Shown: one piece after another, positions 19,416 through 27,630 of the stretch
Numbering within the stretch: position 1 is the first letter of the stretch
How the letters are laid out: each line of letters begins with the position of its first letter
Assembly (NCBI GenBank): GCA_043808785.1
Contig: JAZDEL010000001.1
Coordinates: 130,122-194,121, forward strand
Origin: Candidatus Iainarchaeum sp.
GTDB taxonomy: Archaea; Iainarchaeota; Iainarchaeia; Iainarchaeales; JAZDEL01
Reading direction: 5' to 3'
Length of the DNA: 64,000 bases
Notes under the pieces: generated by a model
Database searches by the model: none
Told to the model about the DNA's origin: nothing
The model's input: the letters and a program-made list of their open reading frames with translations, nothing else
Translations under genes and position numbers: made by a program

Positions 19416-19582
19416 TAGCCCCGGAGAGATTCGAACCCTCCGCAGCCTTTTCTTAAAAAGAAAAGGCTGGCGAAAAGAACAGCCGTGCTTCGCACGGCAA
19501 CTCTCCGTCGTGCCTCCTTTACTATGACTGCATTAGCCCCGGAGCAATTCAAAGCTTCCGCTTTGAAAACTCCGTGGCTTGA
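19416..19582 (-). pseudogene. tRNA-derived fragments: a 49-nt tRNA-Gln-like minihelix (19534-19582) and a tRNA 3'-end copy (T-arm plus acceptor, 19416-19441) separated by a hairpin with a T-run
   Basis: GGAGGGTTCGAATCTCTCCGGGGCTA at 19416-19441 duplicates the 3' end of the adjacent tRNA-Gln (21 nt identical) and abuts the arcC start codon. A second CCGGGGCTA acceptor end lies at 19534-19552. No complete cloverleaf can be built. Confidence 0.45.
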
Positions 19583-19655
19583 TAGCCCCGGAGAGATTCG
19601 AACTCCCGTCGCAAGGTCCAAAGCCTTGCATGCTTGGCCGCTACACCACGGGGCT
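19583..19655 (-). tRNA. tRNA-Gln (anticodon UUG)
   Basis: Hand-folded: acceptor AGCCCCG/CGGGGCU, anticodon stem CAAGG/CCUUG with loop CUUUGGA, T-arm GGGAG-UUCGAAU-CUCUC, discriminator A, no encoded CCA. Confidence 0.8.
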
Positions 19656-19709
19656 TTTGCGCATACCTTATAATTAGGCGTTTTTGTTTTTATTACTGCC
19701 TTTTGGCGG

Positions 19710-20090
19710 TTATTGCGTGCTGGAAACGACTTCCGCCTTCTCGACGCCCGGCACGCTTTCCGCGAGCTCCTTTATCTTCTGCAGGAAGTAGCCCATCACC
19801 GGGCAGGCAACGGTTGTCGGGGTGAAGTGCACTGTTGCCTTTCCGCCCTTAACCTCTATCTTTTTCACAAGCCCCATTTCAACTATGTCTATTCCCGTGT
19901 GGGGGTCGATTATAAGCCTCAGTTTTTCGCGGATTTTTGCCTCTGTGCCGCCCGCGGCGGAACCCGCCTTTGCCCTGCCGCCCTTTGCAGCGGGCTTTGC
20001 CGAACCCCTGCCTGTATGCCCTGCTTTCGCCCTGCCCTTTGCCGAACCAGCCTTAACCCTGCGGGTCCTTGTTTTCCTTTTCGAAGCCAT
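19710..20090 (-). CDS. MIP18/DUF59 family Fe-S cluster assembly protein with an N-terminal Lys/Ala/Gly-rich tail
   Basis: The C-terminal IREKLRLIIDPHTGIDIVEMGLV...VACPVMGYF is a DUF59 core. A TATA-like tttaaa sits about 25 nt upstream. Confidence 0.7.
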   Translation of the reverse strand: MASKRKTRTRRVKAGSAKGRAKAGHTGRGSAKPAAKGGRAKAGSAAGGTEAKIREKLRLIIDPHTGIDIVEMGLVKKIEVKGGKATVHFTPTTVACPVMGYFLQKIKELAESVPGVEKAEVVSSTQ

Positions 20091-20386
20091 GATATAACCA
20101 CCTCTTGAATCCCTTTAAACTTAACGCTTTTGCAGGTATTTGTGGCAGTTTCCTACAAACTGCTTAAATATCTGCGGAAATGCTTAAATACTTCATTTAC
20201 TGTTCCTTATACGCGGCAGGAACAAACTTTTTAGCAAGACTGCGGCGCCTCCTTCCGAAAGGCAAGTCAAATACTTCGGAAACAGGTATTGTTAAACGGG
20301 AGGGCAAACAAGGCGGTGATGAGCGCAGTAGTGGGAAAAAAGGTCAGTACGCCCCCGAGGGCTGGATTAAAGATGTTGTGTTAGCC

Positions 20387-20887
20387 ATGGGCAAGTTTCC
20401 GCTCGAAGAGACCCAAAATCACGCACATGTTGTCATGGATGCCCTGAAGTCCAAAGAAGTAGGCTGGGGTAAAGTTCGCCCCTCGATAGAATACTTAAAA
20501 GAATTTATTGCACAAATTGAGAGAGTTGGCGAGGAATCCGGAAAATCAGGCAGGAACTTTCTCAGGTCGGGGGCAGTGGTGCCTGCGGAATTCGCCCCTT
20601 TGCTTGAACGGGTTGTCTGGGTGACGGATGAGTGCGAGATGCTGGTCGAGCGTGTCAGGAGAAAAAAGGGGGTTGATGATGACATTACCGCGCGCGCAAG
20701 GCTGCCGAAGGGAACGCAATGTGGACAGGCGATACGAAGGCGCGGAAGAGCGCAGAAGCAGTCACAAAAAAGTGACAAAAATCGTGAATTATGGCGGTTA
20801 AGCCTCTTCGGATTTTTGCCCTCTCCCAAACTATTTAAAGGTTTCTTATTTGAATATATCAGCCGGTTCAGCGGGGGAGTAGCTTAG
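20387..20887 (+). CDS. Hypothetical protein; the start is uncertain and the 3' end overlaps tRNA-Ile by 15 nt
   Basis: The sequence is protein-like. The first ATG of the long ORF at 20180 lies inside duplicated gcttaaata promoter-like elements (20160-20190), so the later ATG at 20387 is the start used. Confidence 0.3.
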   Translation: MGKFPLEETQNHAHVVMDALKSKEVGWGKVRPSIEYLKEFIAQIERVGEESGKSGRNFLRSGAVVPAEFAPLLERVVWVTDECEMLVERVRRKKGVDDDITARARLPKGTQCGQAIRRRGRAQKQSQKSDKNRELWRLSLFGFLPSPKLFKGFLFEYISRFSGGVA

Positions 20888-20947
20888 CCTGGTTGGAGCA
20901 TTCGGCTGATAACCGAAAGGTCGTGAGTTCAAATCTCATCTCCCCCA
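20873..20947 (+). tRNA. tRNA-Ile (anticodon GAU)
   Basis: Hand-folded: acceptor GGGGGAG/CUCCCCC, D-arm GCUU...GAGC, anticodon stem UUCGG/CCGAA with loop CUGAUAA, T-loop UUCAAAU. Confidence 0.85.
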
Positions 20948-21080
20948 CTTAGGTGCAGGTTAGTAGGGCTGCAAGCCGTACGGATCACGCCCGGATCCTT
21001 CCGGGCTTAAATCTCATCCCCCCCACTCCGGATTTTCGGTTAGGCAAGGAACCCGCCAAACCGCGCCGTTTTTTTGGTTT

Positions 21081-21620
21081 TTATAGCTCTTCCCAAACTT
21101 CCGCGAAGTTATCCACCATCTCATCGAGGAAGCTCTTCCTGTGCTCCACAATGAGTTCCGCTGTTTTGCCCTTGTCCGTGAGGTAGAAAAAGCTCTTCCT
21201 CCCCCGCCTGCGCTTTTCAACAATCTTCGCCTCAATAAGCTTGTTCAGGTGCCACGAGGTTGTCGGCGGGGAGAGGCCGACAGCCTTTGAAATCGAAAGG
21301 TTGTTGGACCTTTTGTGCGTGAGCAGGTGCAGCACTATCTTGCGTATGCTATCCTGCCTCAGGAGCGACATTTCCTTTCCCTGTTCGCCCAATTGCTTGC
21401 CCCTTACCGAAAAATATCGGACGAACTTCCCGTCTTTCTCCGCCCTCAAAAGCTGGCTCTTCCGCAGGAATTCCAAATGATACTGAAGCGCCCCTACCCC
21501 GACGCCTGTCCTGCGCTGTATTTCGCGGAAGTGCAGTGCGGGTGATTTATCTATAGTTTCGTAAATCTTCCTGCGCACATCTAAAGCGAGCGCGGAGTCA
21601 TCCTCTTCCATTGGCGGCAC
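21081..21620 (-). CDS. Winged-helix transcriptional regulator with two wHTH units (ArsR/TrmB-like)
   Basis: RKIYETIDKSPALHFREIQRRTGVGVGALQYHLEFLRKSQLL and a second LSISKAVGLSPPTTSWHLNKLIEAKIV module. Confidence 0.7.
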   Translation of the reverse strand: MPPMEEDDSALALDVRRKIYETIDKSPALHFREIQRRTGVGVGALQYHLEFLRKSQLLRAEKDGKFVRYFSVRGKQLGEQGKEMSLLRQDSIRKIVLHLLTHKRSNNLSISKAVGLSPPTTSWHLNKLIEAKIVEKRRRGRKSFFYLTDKGKTAELIVEHRKSFLDEMVDNFAEVWEEL

Positions 21621-22106
21621 CTACTTCCTGAATATCGCAAAGAACAGGGTTGCCAGTATGGCAAGTTCAAAAACATTCTCCGCAGGGTCGGCAAGGAAAC
21701 TGCCTGGTGAAATGTACATATCTATTATTTTTATGCCCCACTTGAGCGCGAAGAAAAAGAACGCAAGCGCCACAAAAGTCAGGCGTGCCGAGCCCTTTTT
21801 CCGCATTGCGAGCAGCGCAACGGAGAGCATTGCCAGCGAAAGAATGAAAACCAGCAGCTTTATGTAAAGGTCGAAGCCGTTCGCGGCATCCGCAAGCGGC
21901 CTGAGGAAATCCCAGGGATATTGAAGCACAGTTGCAATCAAGCGAAAACCTCCGATTATTGTACAACCAAAAAAAAGATAAAAGGGGTTGCCCTTTCGTG
22001 AGGTGAAGCGGGCAAAACCTTTTAGGGGGGTTGGAGGGGTTTTTAACCCCCCCGACTTAGTTTCCATGAAAGGATGGCATGAACTATACCTATTGCTCCC
22101 TGGCAT
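21621..22106 (-). CDS. Small polytopic membrane protein co-transcribed with the wHTH regulator. An alternative start at 22067 is likely.
   Basis: Hydrophobic helices. A TATA box is directly adjacent to the annotated ATG, so the downstream Met at 22067 is probably the real start. Confidence 0.5.
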   Translation of the reverse strand: MPGSNRYSSCHPFMETKSGGLKTPPTPLKGFARFTSRKGNPFYLFFGCTIIGGFRLIATVLQYPWDFLRPLADAANGFDLYIKLLVFILSLAMLSVALLAMRKKGSARLTFVALAFFFFALKWGIKIIDMYISPGSFLADPAENVFELAILATLFFAIFRK

Positions 22107-22166
22107 TTATAAATAAATTTTGGTACAAGGGGGGAAGAGTGGTACAATCCTGAAAATTGGTACAAT
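22107..22166. promoter_or_regulatory. Promoter/operator region: palindromic TATA (TTTATAAATAAATTT) followed by three direct repeats of TGGTACAA about 18-19 bp apart
   Basis: TGGTACAA at 22121, 22140 and 22158, upstream of the membrane-protein/wHTH operon. Confidence 0.45.
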
Positions 22167-22219
22167 GGCGGAATTGGCGGTTTTTGGTGCCGCTCTGTTG
22201 TGCCAAATTGCCTGTATGC

Positions 22220-22993
22220 CTATGCCTTAGCGCCCAAGGCGCGCAGGAGTTCCGAATGTACCCTTCCATTCGAGGCAACAATGTGCCCCTTGAAAATATC
22301 GTAAGGCTTCCCCGCGAAGTCAGTTGTCTTCCCCCCTGCTTCGCGCACAATTATCGAGGCAGCGGCTGTGTCATATGGCTTCAGGGAATGGTGGAAAAAT
22401 GCGTCAATTCTCCCGCATGCGATGTGGCAGAGTTCAAGTGCCGCTGCTCCCGAAGTGCGCATGCCCTGGGAGCGGGTGAGTATGGCTGAATACTGCCGCA
22501 TGGTAATGCGGCTCTTTTTGCCGCGTTCATACGGGAAGTCAGCGCCGACAAGGCAGTCAATCAGCTTCGCGTGCGAGGACACGCCTATGCGCCTGCCGTT
22601 TAGCGTTGCACCCCCGCTCTTCTGCGCGCTGAACATCTCGCCCCTTATCGGGTCATATACAACGCCCAGCAGAGCCTCCCCGCCCTTGTAAAGCCCTATT
22701 GAAATGCAGAAAAAAGGGTTCGCGTGCGAGAAATTTGTGGTGCCGTCTATGGGGTCAATTACCCAAACCCTGCCGTCCTGCGGGTTTTTCGCGTGCCCCT
22801 CCTCAAGTATGAATCCGTGCTGCGGGAACTTTTTCTCAAGTGCCGCACAAATCATGCGCTCCGCCTTTACATCCGCATCTGTCACCAGGTCGACCCTGCC
22901 CTTGTGCCTCACAGTAAGGCGCGAGCCGAAACGCCTGAGTACAAGGTTACCGGCTTTCCTTGCGGCGGCTTCAGCTGCCTTAAGTTCGTCCAT
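22220..22993 (-). CDS. Inositol monophosphatase / fructose-1,6-bisphosphatase family protein
   Basis: WVIDPIDGTTNF metal-binding motif and the IMPase fold pattern in 257 aa. Confidence 0.85.
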   Translation of the reverse strand: MDELKAAEAAARKAGNLVLRRFGSRLTVRHKGRVDLVTDADVKAERMICAALEKKFPQHGFILEEGHAKNPQDGRVWVIDPIDGTTNFSHANPFFCISIGLYKGGEALLGVVYDPIRGEMFSAQKSGGATLNGRRIGVSSHAKLIDCLVGADFPYERGKKSRITMRQYSAILTRSQGMRTSGAAALELCHIACGRIDAFFHHSLKPYDTAAASIIVREAGGKTTDFAGKPYDIFKGHIVASNGRVHSELLRALGAKA

Positions 22994-23014
22994 CAGAAAA
23001 ACCCGCAGAAGTTA

Positions 23015-24433
23015 TCAGGGTTTCCACCTTGCCATTGTGCGCGGGAAAGGTATCGCGTCCTTTATGTTCTCAAGGCCGCATATCCATGCAAGCACGCGCT
23101 CTACCCCGACACCGTAGCCCGAGTGCGGCACGCTGCCGTACCTGCGGAGGTCGAGGTACCATTCGTAATTTGCCGGGTCCTCGCCCTGCGCCTTGAGCGC
23201 CTTCTCAAGTTCCTTTATGTCCGTGTCGCGCTGGCTGCCGCCGATTATTTCCCCGTAACCCTCGGGGGCAAGCATGTCGAAGCACAGCGCGGTCTTTGCG
23301 TCCTTCGGGTCGCGCTTCTTGTAAAACGCCATTATCTCCTTCGGGTAATTCGTAACTGCAACAGGCGTGTCGAAGTGCTTCATTATGAGGTCTTCCTCTA
23401 TCGTCCTGAGGTCCTTTCCCCATGGCACATTCTTGTGCTCCTTCTCCTTCAGGATTTTCAGCGCATCCGTGTATGTTATTGTCGGGAACTCGCTCTTTGC
23501 GGCCTTCTCGAGCTTTTTCACGTCCCTGCCGAGCAGTTCGAGCTCCGCGCGGTTGTGCTCAAGCACTTCCTCCAGGATGAACCTGATTTCATCCTTGGCA
23601 ATCTGTATAAGTTCCGGCAGTTCAACCCATGCTGCCTCCATTTCCGCCATCCAGAATTCGGAAAGGTGCCTTGAGGTCTTTGAGCGCTCCGCCCTGAACG
23701 TCGGCCCCACGTCGTAAACCTTCTCAAGCGCGAATATTGCGGCTTCCGCATACAGCTGCCAGCTCTGCGTCAGGTATGTCTTTTCCTTGTAATATTTCAC
23801 CTCGAAAAGCGTGCTTCCCCCTTCGCACTGGTTCGGCTGGAGTATGGGCGGGTCGAATTCGTAATAGCCGCGCTCGCGGAAGAATTTGTGTATTGCCCCG
23901 ACCATTGTGCTGCGGATTTTCATCACCGCAGTGAGGTGCCTGCTCCTCAGCCAGAGGTGCCTCTTGTCCATCAAAAACTCGGTGCTCTGGTCCTTTGTTA
24001 TCGGGTATGGCTCTGCAAGGTTCACAACCTCGAGCGCCTCGACATCGAGTTCAACCCCCGTGGGCGCGCGTTCATCCGCCTTGAGCGTCCCTTCCACCTC
24101 GACAGATGATTCGATAAGCAGCTTCTCAGCCTCGGCCCACAACTTTCCCCCTGCCTTATCCTTCTTCACAACGCACTGGATTATGTTCGATGAATCGCGG
24201 AGCACGATGAACTTCATCGCGTTGGAGCCGCGCTCCCTGTAAACCCAGCCGCGAATTGCGACCTTTCCTGTTTTCTTGTTTATGGCTTCCTGCACGGAAA
24301 TAAATTTCCCGCCCTTCACTGCACCGCCCCCCGCACCGAACCCTTTCTCCCCTCGCCCGTTTTTTGTTTCACGCTCATGGCACAACCCTCTCCGTGTCCC
24401 TCGGGAAGAGCACGGCTTCGCGGATGTTCTCAA
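23015..24433 (-). CDS. asnS: Asparaginyl-tRNA synthetase. The annotated start is a TTG, so the true start is probably somewhat downstream.
   Basis: YLTQSWQLYAE...GPTFRAERSKTSRHLSEFWMAEME and the C-terminal PHSGYGVGVERVLAWI...FPR are AsnRS-type class II motifs. Confidence 0.8.
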   Translation of the reverse strand: MRTSAKPCSSRGTRRGLCHERETKNGRGEKGFGAGGGAVKGGKFISVQEAINKKTGKVAIRGWVYRERGSNAMKFIVLRDSSNIIQCVVKKDKAGGKLWAEAEKLLIESSVEVEGTLKADERAPTGVELDVEALEVVNLAEPYPITKDQSTEFLMDKRHLWLRSRHLTAVMKIRSTMVGAIHKFFRERGYYEFDPPILQPNQCEGGSTLFEVKYYKEKTYLTQSWQLYAEAAIFALEKVYDVGPTFRAERSKTSRHLSEFWMAEMEAAWVELPELIQIAKDEIRFILEEVLEHNRAELELLGRDVKKLEKAAKSEFPTITYTDALKILKEKEHKNVPWGKDLRTIEEDLIMKHFDTPVAVTNYPKEIMAFYKKRDPKDAKTALCFDMLAPEGYGEIIGGSQRDTDIKELEKALKAQGEDPANYEWYLDLRRYGSVPHSGYGVGVERVLAWICGLENIKDAIPFPRTMARWKP

Positions 24434-25718
24434 GCCCTAGCAATTGCTGGGTTATGCGCTCTATGCCTATCGCAAACCCGCCGTGCCTCGGCACGCCGTA
24501 TTTGAAGAATTTTGTGAACCACTCAACGCTCTGCCTGCTTACGCTTTTCTCATCAACCTGCTTCATAAGGTTGCCATACCTGTGCTCCCTCTGCCCGCCG
24601 CTGCTGAGTTCCATGCCGCGGTAATAAAGGTCAATGCTCCTTGCCCATTCAGGTTCCGCATCAACGCGCATGACGTAGAATGGTTTTTTCGCAAAGGGGA
24701 AGCGGTTTATGAAATAAAATTCCGTGCCGTATTTCTTCTTCACGTGCTCCCGGAGTAGGGATTCCGCTTCCGCGTCAATGTCCTCTCCGTGCGCAATCTT
24801 TTTGCCCGCATGCTTCAGGATTTCATAAATCTTCGGGAACCTGAGTTCGGGGAAAGGCGCCTTTGGCACCTCCAGCTTCACGCCGAACATTTCAAGCTCG
24901 CGCGCGCAGTCCTTCTTTGCCCTGCCCAGCATAGCGCACACCATCTCCGCCTGCACCCTTTCCACCTCGATCTCATCCCCGAGGAATGCCCATTCAACGG
25001 CAATTGTCCTGTGCTCGCAGAGGTGCTTCACAGTGTGGCTTTTCTCCGCGCGCCAGCTCGGCCCTATATCATACAATTTTTCCACGCCGCCCGCAATTGT
25101 CAGCTGCCTGTGCAATTGCGGATCCTGCCTGAGGTATGCCTTCTTTCCATAAAATGCAACTTCAAAAACATCCGCACCGCTCTCGCTTGCAGTGCCCATC
25201 AGGCAGGGCGTGAACACCTGCAGGAAGCCGTGTTCGTTCAGGTATTCCTGCGCGCCCTGTATGAGTTTCGCCTGCACCCTGAAAACCGCTGCATTCTTCG
25301 GCTGGCGAAGGTCGATGCTGCGCCAATCAAGCCTTGCGCTCAGGTCGCTTTCGATTTTTCCCGAAATATCCAAAGGCACAGGTGCGTGCGCAGCGGAAAT
25401 AATTTCCACATGCTCGGGCAAAATCTCAAATCCCCCCTCAGCCTGCGCGGATTTCTGCACTGTGCCGTGGATAAGGACAACGGACTCCTTCGTCAGGCTT
25501 GAGAGCGCATCAAATATTGCCTTATCCGTTTTCGCTGCATGGGCGGTTACCTGCACCCTCCCTTTTGCATCACGCAGTTTCACAAAAACAAGCTTTCCGA
25601 AAGCGCGGACATCGTTAACCCAGCCCCCGACAAGCGCTTTTTTGCCGTGCATCTTGGGCGTTATCTCATCCGAGAGCAATCTTCCCTGCTTTGGTTCTTT
25701 TCCCGCCATATGGTTCAT
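24375..25718 (-). CDS. aspS: Aspartyl-tRNA synthetase, archaeal type
   Basis: GFEILPE, AYLRQDPQLHRQ, SWRAEKSHT.KHL, ISSGGQREHR and LFPRD..R..P all match archaeal AspRS. Confidence 0.85.
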   Translation of the reverse strand: MNHMAGKEPKQGRLLSDEITPKMHGKKALVGGWVNDVRAFGKLVFVKLRDAKGRVQVTAHAAKTDKAIFDALSSLTKESVVLIHGTVQKSAQAEGGFEILPEHVEIISAAHAPVPLDISGKIESDLSARLDWRSIDLRQPKNAAVFRVQAKLIQGAQEYLNEHGFLQVFTPCLMGTASESGADVFEVAFYGKKAYLRQDPQLHRQLTIAGGVEKLYDIGPSWRAEKSHTVKHLCEHRTIAVEWAFLGDEIEVERVQAEMVCAMLGRAKKDCARELEMFGVKLEVPKAPFPELRFPKIYEILKHAGKKIAHGEDIDAEAESLLREHVKKKYGTEFYFINRFPFAKKPFYVMRVDAEPEWARSIDLYYRGMELSSGGQREHRYGNLMKQVDEKSVSRQSVEWFTKFFKYGVPRHGGFAIGIERITQQLLGLENIREAVLFPRDTERVVP

Positions 25719-25823
25719 CCCCTTTGCTTAACCATCCTTATTTTTGCCAATCTATATTGGTGTTTAATGTATAAAAAACAAATGCCCCGCCCAAGGTTGC
25801 GCGATTTTGCGCAAGTGCGGGGT

Positions 25824-26126
25824 TCAATTGGAGCAATTGCAGCTGCTGCCCTGGTTTATAACCGACTTGAAAAATCCCGCTACAAAGCCGAGCATTGCCC
25901 CTATTGCGGGAAGGTCGGGGTTGGTTACGCCAACCTGTGCAAATCCCGAAACAACAAGCGCGCCGAGCACGGGCACGATTGAAAGTATTAGCCCCGTAAC
26001 CGCGCCCATGAGCGCGCCTATAATCGCGAAGAAAAAGATTGCGATTATCCCCAATATCGCCACTGTTGCGCCTATTGCAGCAGCGCCTATTGCAGCAAGC
26101 AGTGCCCCAGCAATTCTCAGTGCCAT
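25824..26126 (-). CDS. Small glycine-zipper membrane protein (100 aa)
   Basis: Strongly hydrophobic, with GxxxG/AxxxA-rich helices and a C-terminal CNCSN. Confidence 0.45.
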   Translation of the reverse strand: MALRIAGALLAAIGAAAIGATVAILGIIAIFFFAIIGALMGAVTGLILSIVPVLGALVVSGFAQVGVTNPDLPAIGAMLGFVAGFFKSVINQGSSCNCSN

Positions 26127-26275
26127 AATACCGCATTTAGCATGATGCGTAACCTTTTTTTATGTTTCCGTTCATCCAATTTCAGGCAAATGCGCTGTTT
26201 ATTTTCCCTGCGCGGTTTTCCGTTATTTGCCTGAAAATCCGCGGAAATTTGAAAAACAAAACGATAGGTATTTAA

Positions 26276-26298
26276 AATCATGATACTATCATGATACA
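26276..26298. promoter_or_regulatory. Direct repeat TCATGATAC x2, each carrying the palindrome TCATGA, in the divergent promoter region
   Basis: aaTCATGATACtaTCATGATACag lies immediately upstream of the wHTH gene that starts at 26301. Confidence 0.3.
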
Positions 26299-26300
26299 GC

Positions 26301-26777
26301 ATGAACAGTCATGAGAGCGGGGAAAAGGTTATAAAGGAAAGCGTCCAGCGAACCCAGCCCGAAGGGTTCGACACAATAACCATGGACATCGCACAGATAA
26401 GGGAGCAGAGCAAGGACCCTTTCTTCATTTCAATGCTGCTTTACAAGGTAGCAAAGGAGCGCGAGGAGACAAACAGGCTGCTCGGCAGCATAAATGAAAA
26501 ATACGACAGGATAATGTTCGAACTCAAGACAGGGGAAATGGACAAAACCGCATTGTTCCCCTCAAAGGAGACGGAGTTCGAAACCCTGCCCGAACAGGAC
26601 CAGCTGATAGTGAAATATATCGGCCAGAAGGGCAGTGCGAACGCCAAGGATATTCAGGAAGTGATGCATTACAAGGGTTTGAACGCGGCATCGCAGAGGC
26701 TGAACAAATTATACAAGGAAGGCTACCTTAAGAAAGTGCAGAGCGGCAAGCAGGTAATGTACCTGGTCAGGGGCTGA
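26301..26777 (+). CDS. Hypothetical regulator with a C-terminal winged-helix domain
   Basis: The C-terminus LIVKYIGQKGSANAKDIQEVMHYKGLNAASQRLNKLYKEGYLKK is wHTH-like. Confidence 0.55.
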   Translation: MNSHESGEKVIKESVQRTQPEGFDTITMDIAQIREQSKDPFFISMLLYKVAKEREETNRLLGSINEKYDRIMFELKTGEMDKTALFPSKETEFETLPEQDQLIVKYIGQKGSANAKDIQEVMHYKGLNAASQRLNKLYKEGYLKKVQSGKQVMYLVRG

Positions 26778-26934
26778 GTGCCGGGAAAGTTGCCAAGGGC
26801 AGAATGCCGAGAAAATTTTATGGAATTGCGCTTGCGGAGGCTTAACGCCTCCTCAACTCCCAAAGAATGAAGAAATAAGTCAGCAAGGAAGAAAATGAAT
26901 ACCTCCTCCCTATTTTGCCTATCGGCAAAATGGG

Positions 26935-27005
26935 GCGCATTCGGGCTTCCCTATTTGGCTTCTGCCAAATGGGCGCAATTGGGCAATGCCCAATTCGCGG
27001 TGCCC
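26935..27005. repeat. Structured intergenic repeat, copy A (hairpins ATTTGGC-n4-GCCAAAT and GGGCA-a-TGCCC)
   Basis: CCTATTTGGCTTCTGCCAAATGGGCGCAATTGGGCAATGCCCAATTCGC. A reverse-complement copy lies at 48125-48175. Confidence 0.45.
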
Positions 27006-27159
27006 GAATAGCGTGCCTTTTGTCTCCCCCGCCTTGCGGGGGTTTTACGGGTGCAGCGTAAGCCGCCTTGGGCGCCATTGCCATGCGCACGGCGTAAGCC
27101 GTTTTTGGATGAACAAAACCTTTAAATTTGCGGGTTGCGTTATCGGCTAAGGTGGGAAA

Positions 27160-27567
27160 ATGTTTGGTAAAATGCACATAATGAACCCCCCCGTGAAAAA
27201 GCTCCCCAAAAAACTTTTTGTTGTCGATGTTGGCACTGACCCCGCTGATTATATGGGCCATTTTTTTGATAAGCTTTTCGGAAAAATAAGGGCCGGGCAC
27301 ATTCTCGAGCCTAAAGGGGCACTAACCATAAAATCCGAAGATTTGGACTGCCTCAAGGGTGTTGAAGCAGCAGCGAGAACAGCGGGGCTTGCGGTAAAAA
27401 TCCCGCCCCGCGCTGCCAGCAAGGCGGAATTGGCGCAGTGGGGCGGCATGGAAAATTTTCCCCTAACGAAAGAGATGGCGAAACACAAGCAAATCTACAT
27501 TCTCGAAATCAGCGCCGAGAAAGTCAAACCCGGGCATACGGTCCACGTCGAAAAATGGTACCGCTGA
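27160..27567 (+). CDS. Hypothetical protein (135 aa)
   Basis: Protein-like ORF. It conflicts with the antisense ORF 26842-27300, which was judged the less likely of the two. Confidence 0.3.
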   Translation: MFGKMHIMNPPVKKLPKKLFVVDVGTDPADYMGHFFDKLFGKIRAGHILEPKGALTIKSEDLDCLKGVEAAARTAGLAVKIPPRAASKAELAQWGGMENFPLTKEMAKHKQIYILEISAEKVKPGHTVHVEKWYR

Positions 27568-27630
27568 ACCCCGCCCTCAGACGCTTAACGCAAGCCGCAG
27601 TTTTGGTTTTCTTGCGCACCTTGCACAGGA

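Noticed and set aside
18204-19418. 404-aa plus-strand ORF
   Set aside because: It is antisense to the well-supported carbamate kinase gene. The sequence is Pro/Arg/Ala-rich low-complexity, typical of GC-rich antisense frames.
20180-20386. 5' part of ORF 20180-20887 starting at the ATG at 20180
   Set aside because: That ATG lies inside duplicated gcttaaata TATA/BRE-like elements, so a downstream start at 20387 is more plausible. The whole CDS remains low-confidence.
26842-27300. 152-aa minus-strand ORF
   Set aside because: It overlaps the repeat/hairpin element and the plus-strand ORF 27160-27567. Its composition looks intergenic (runs of PI/GK and low complexity).
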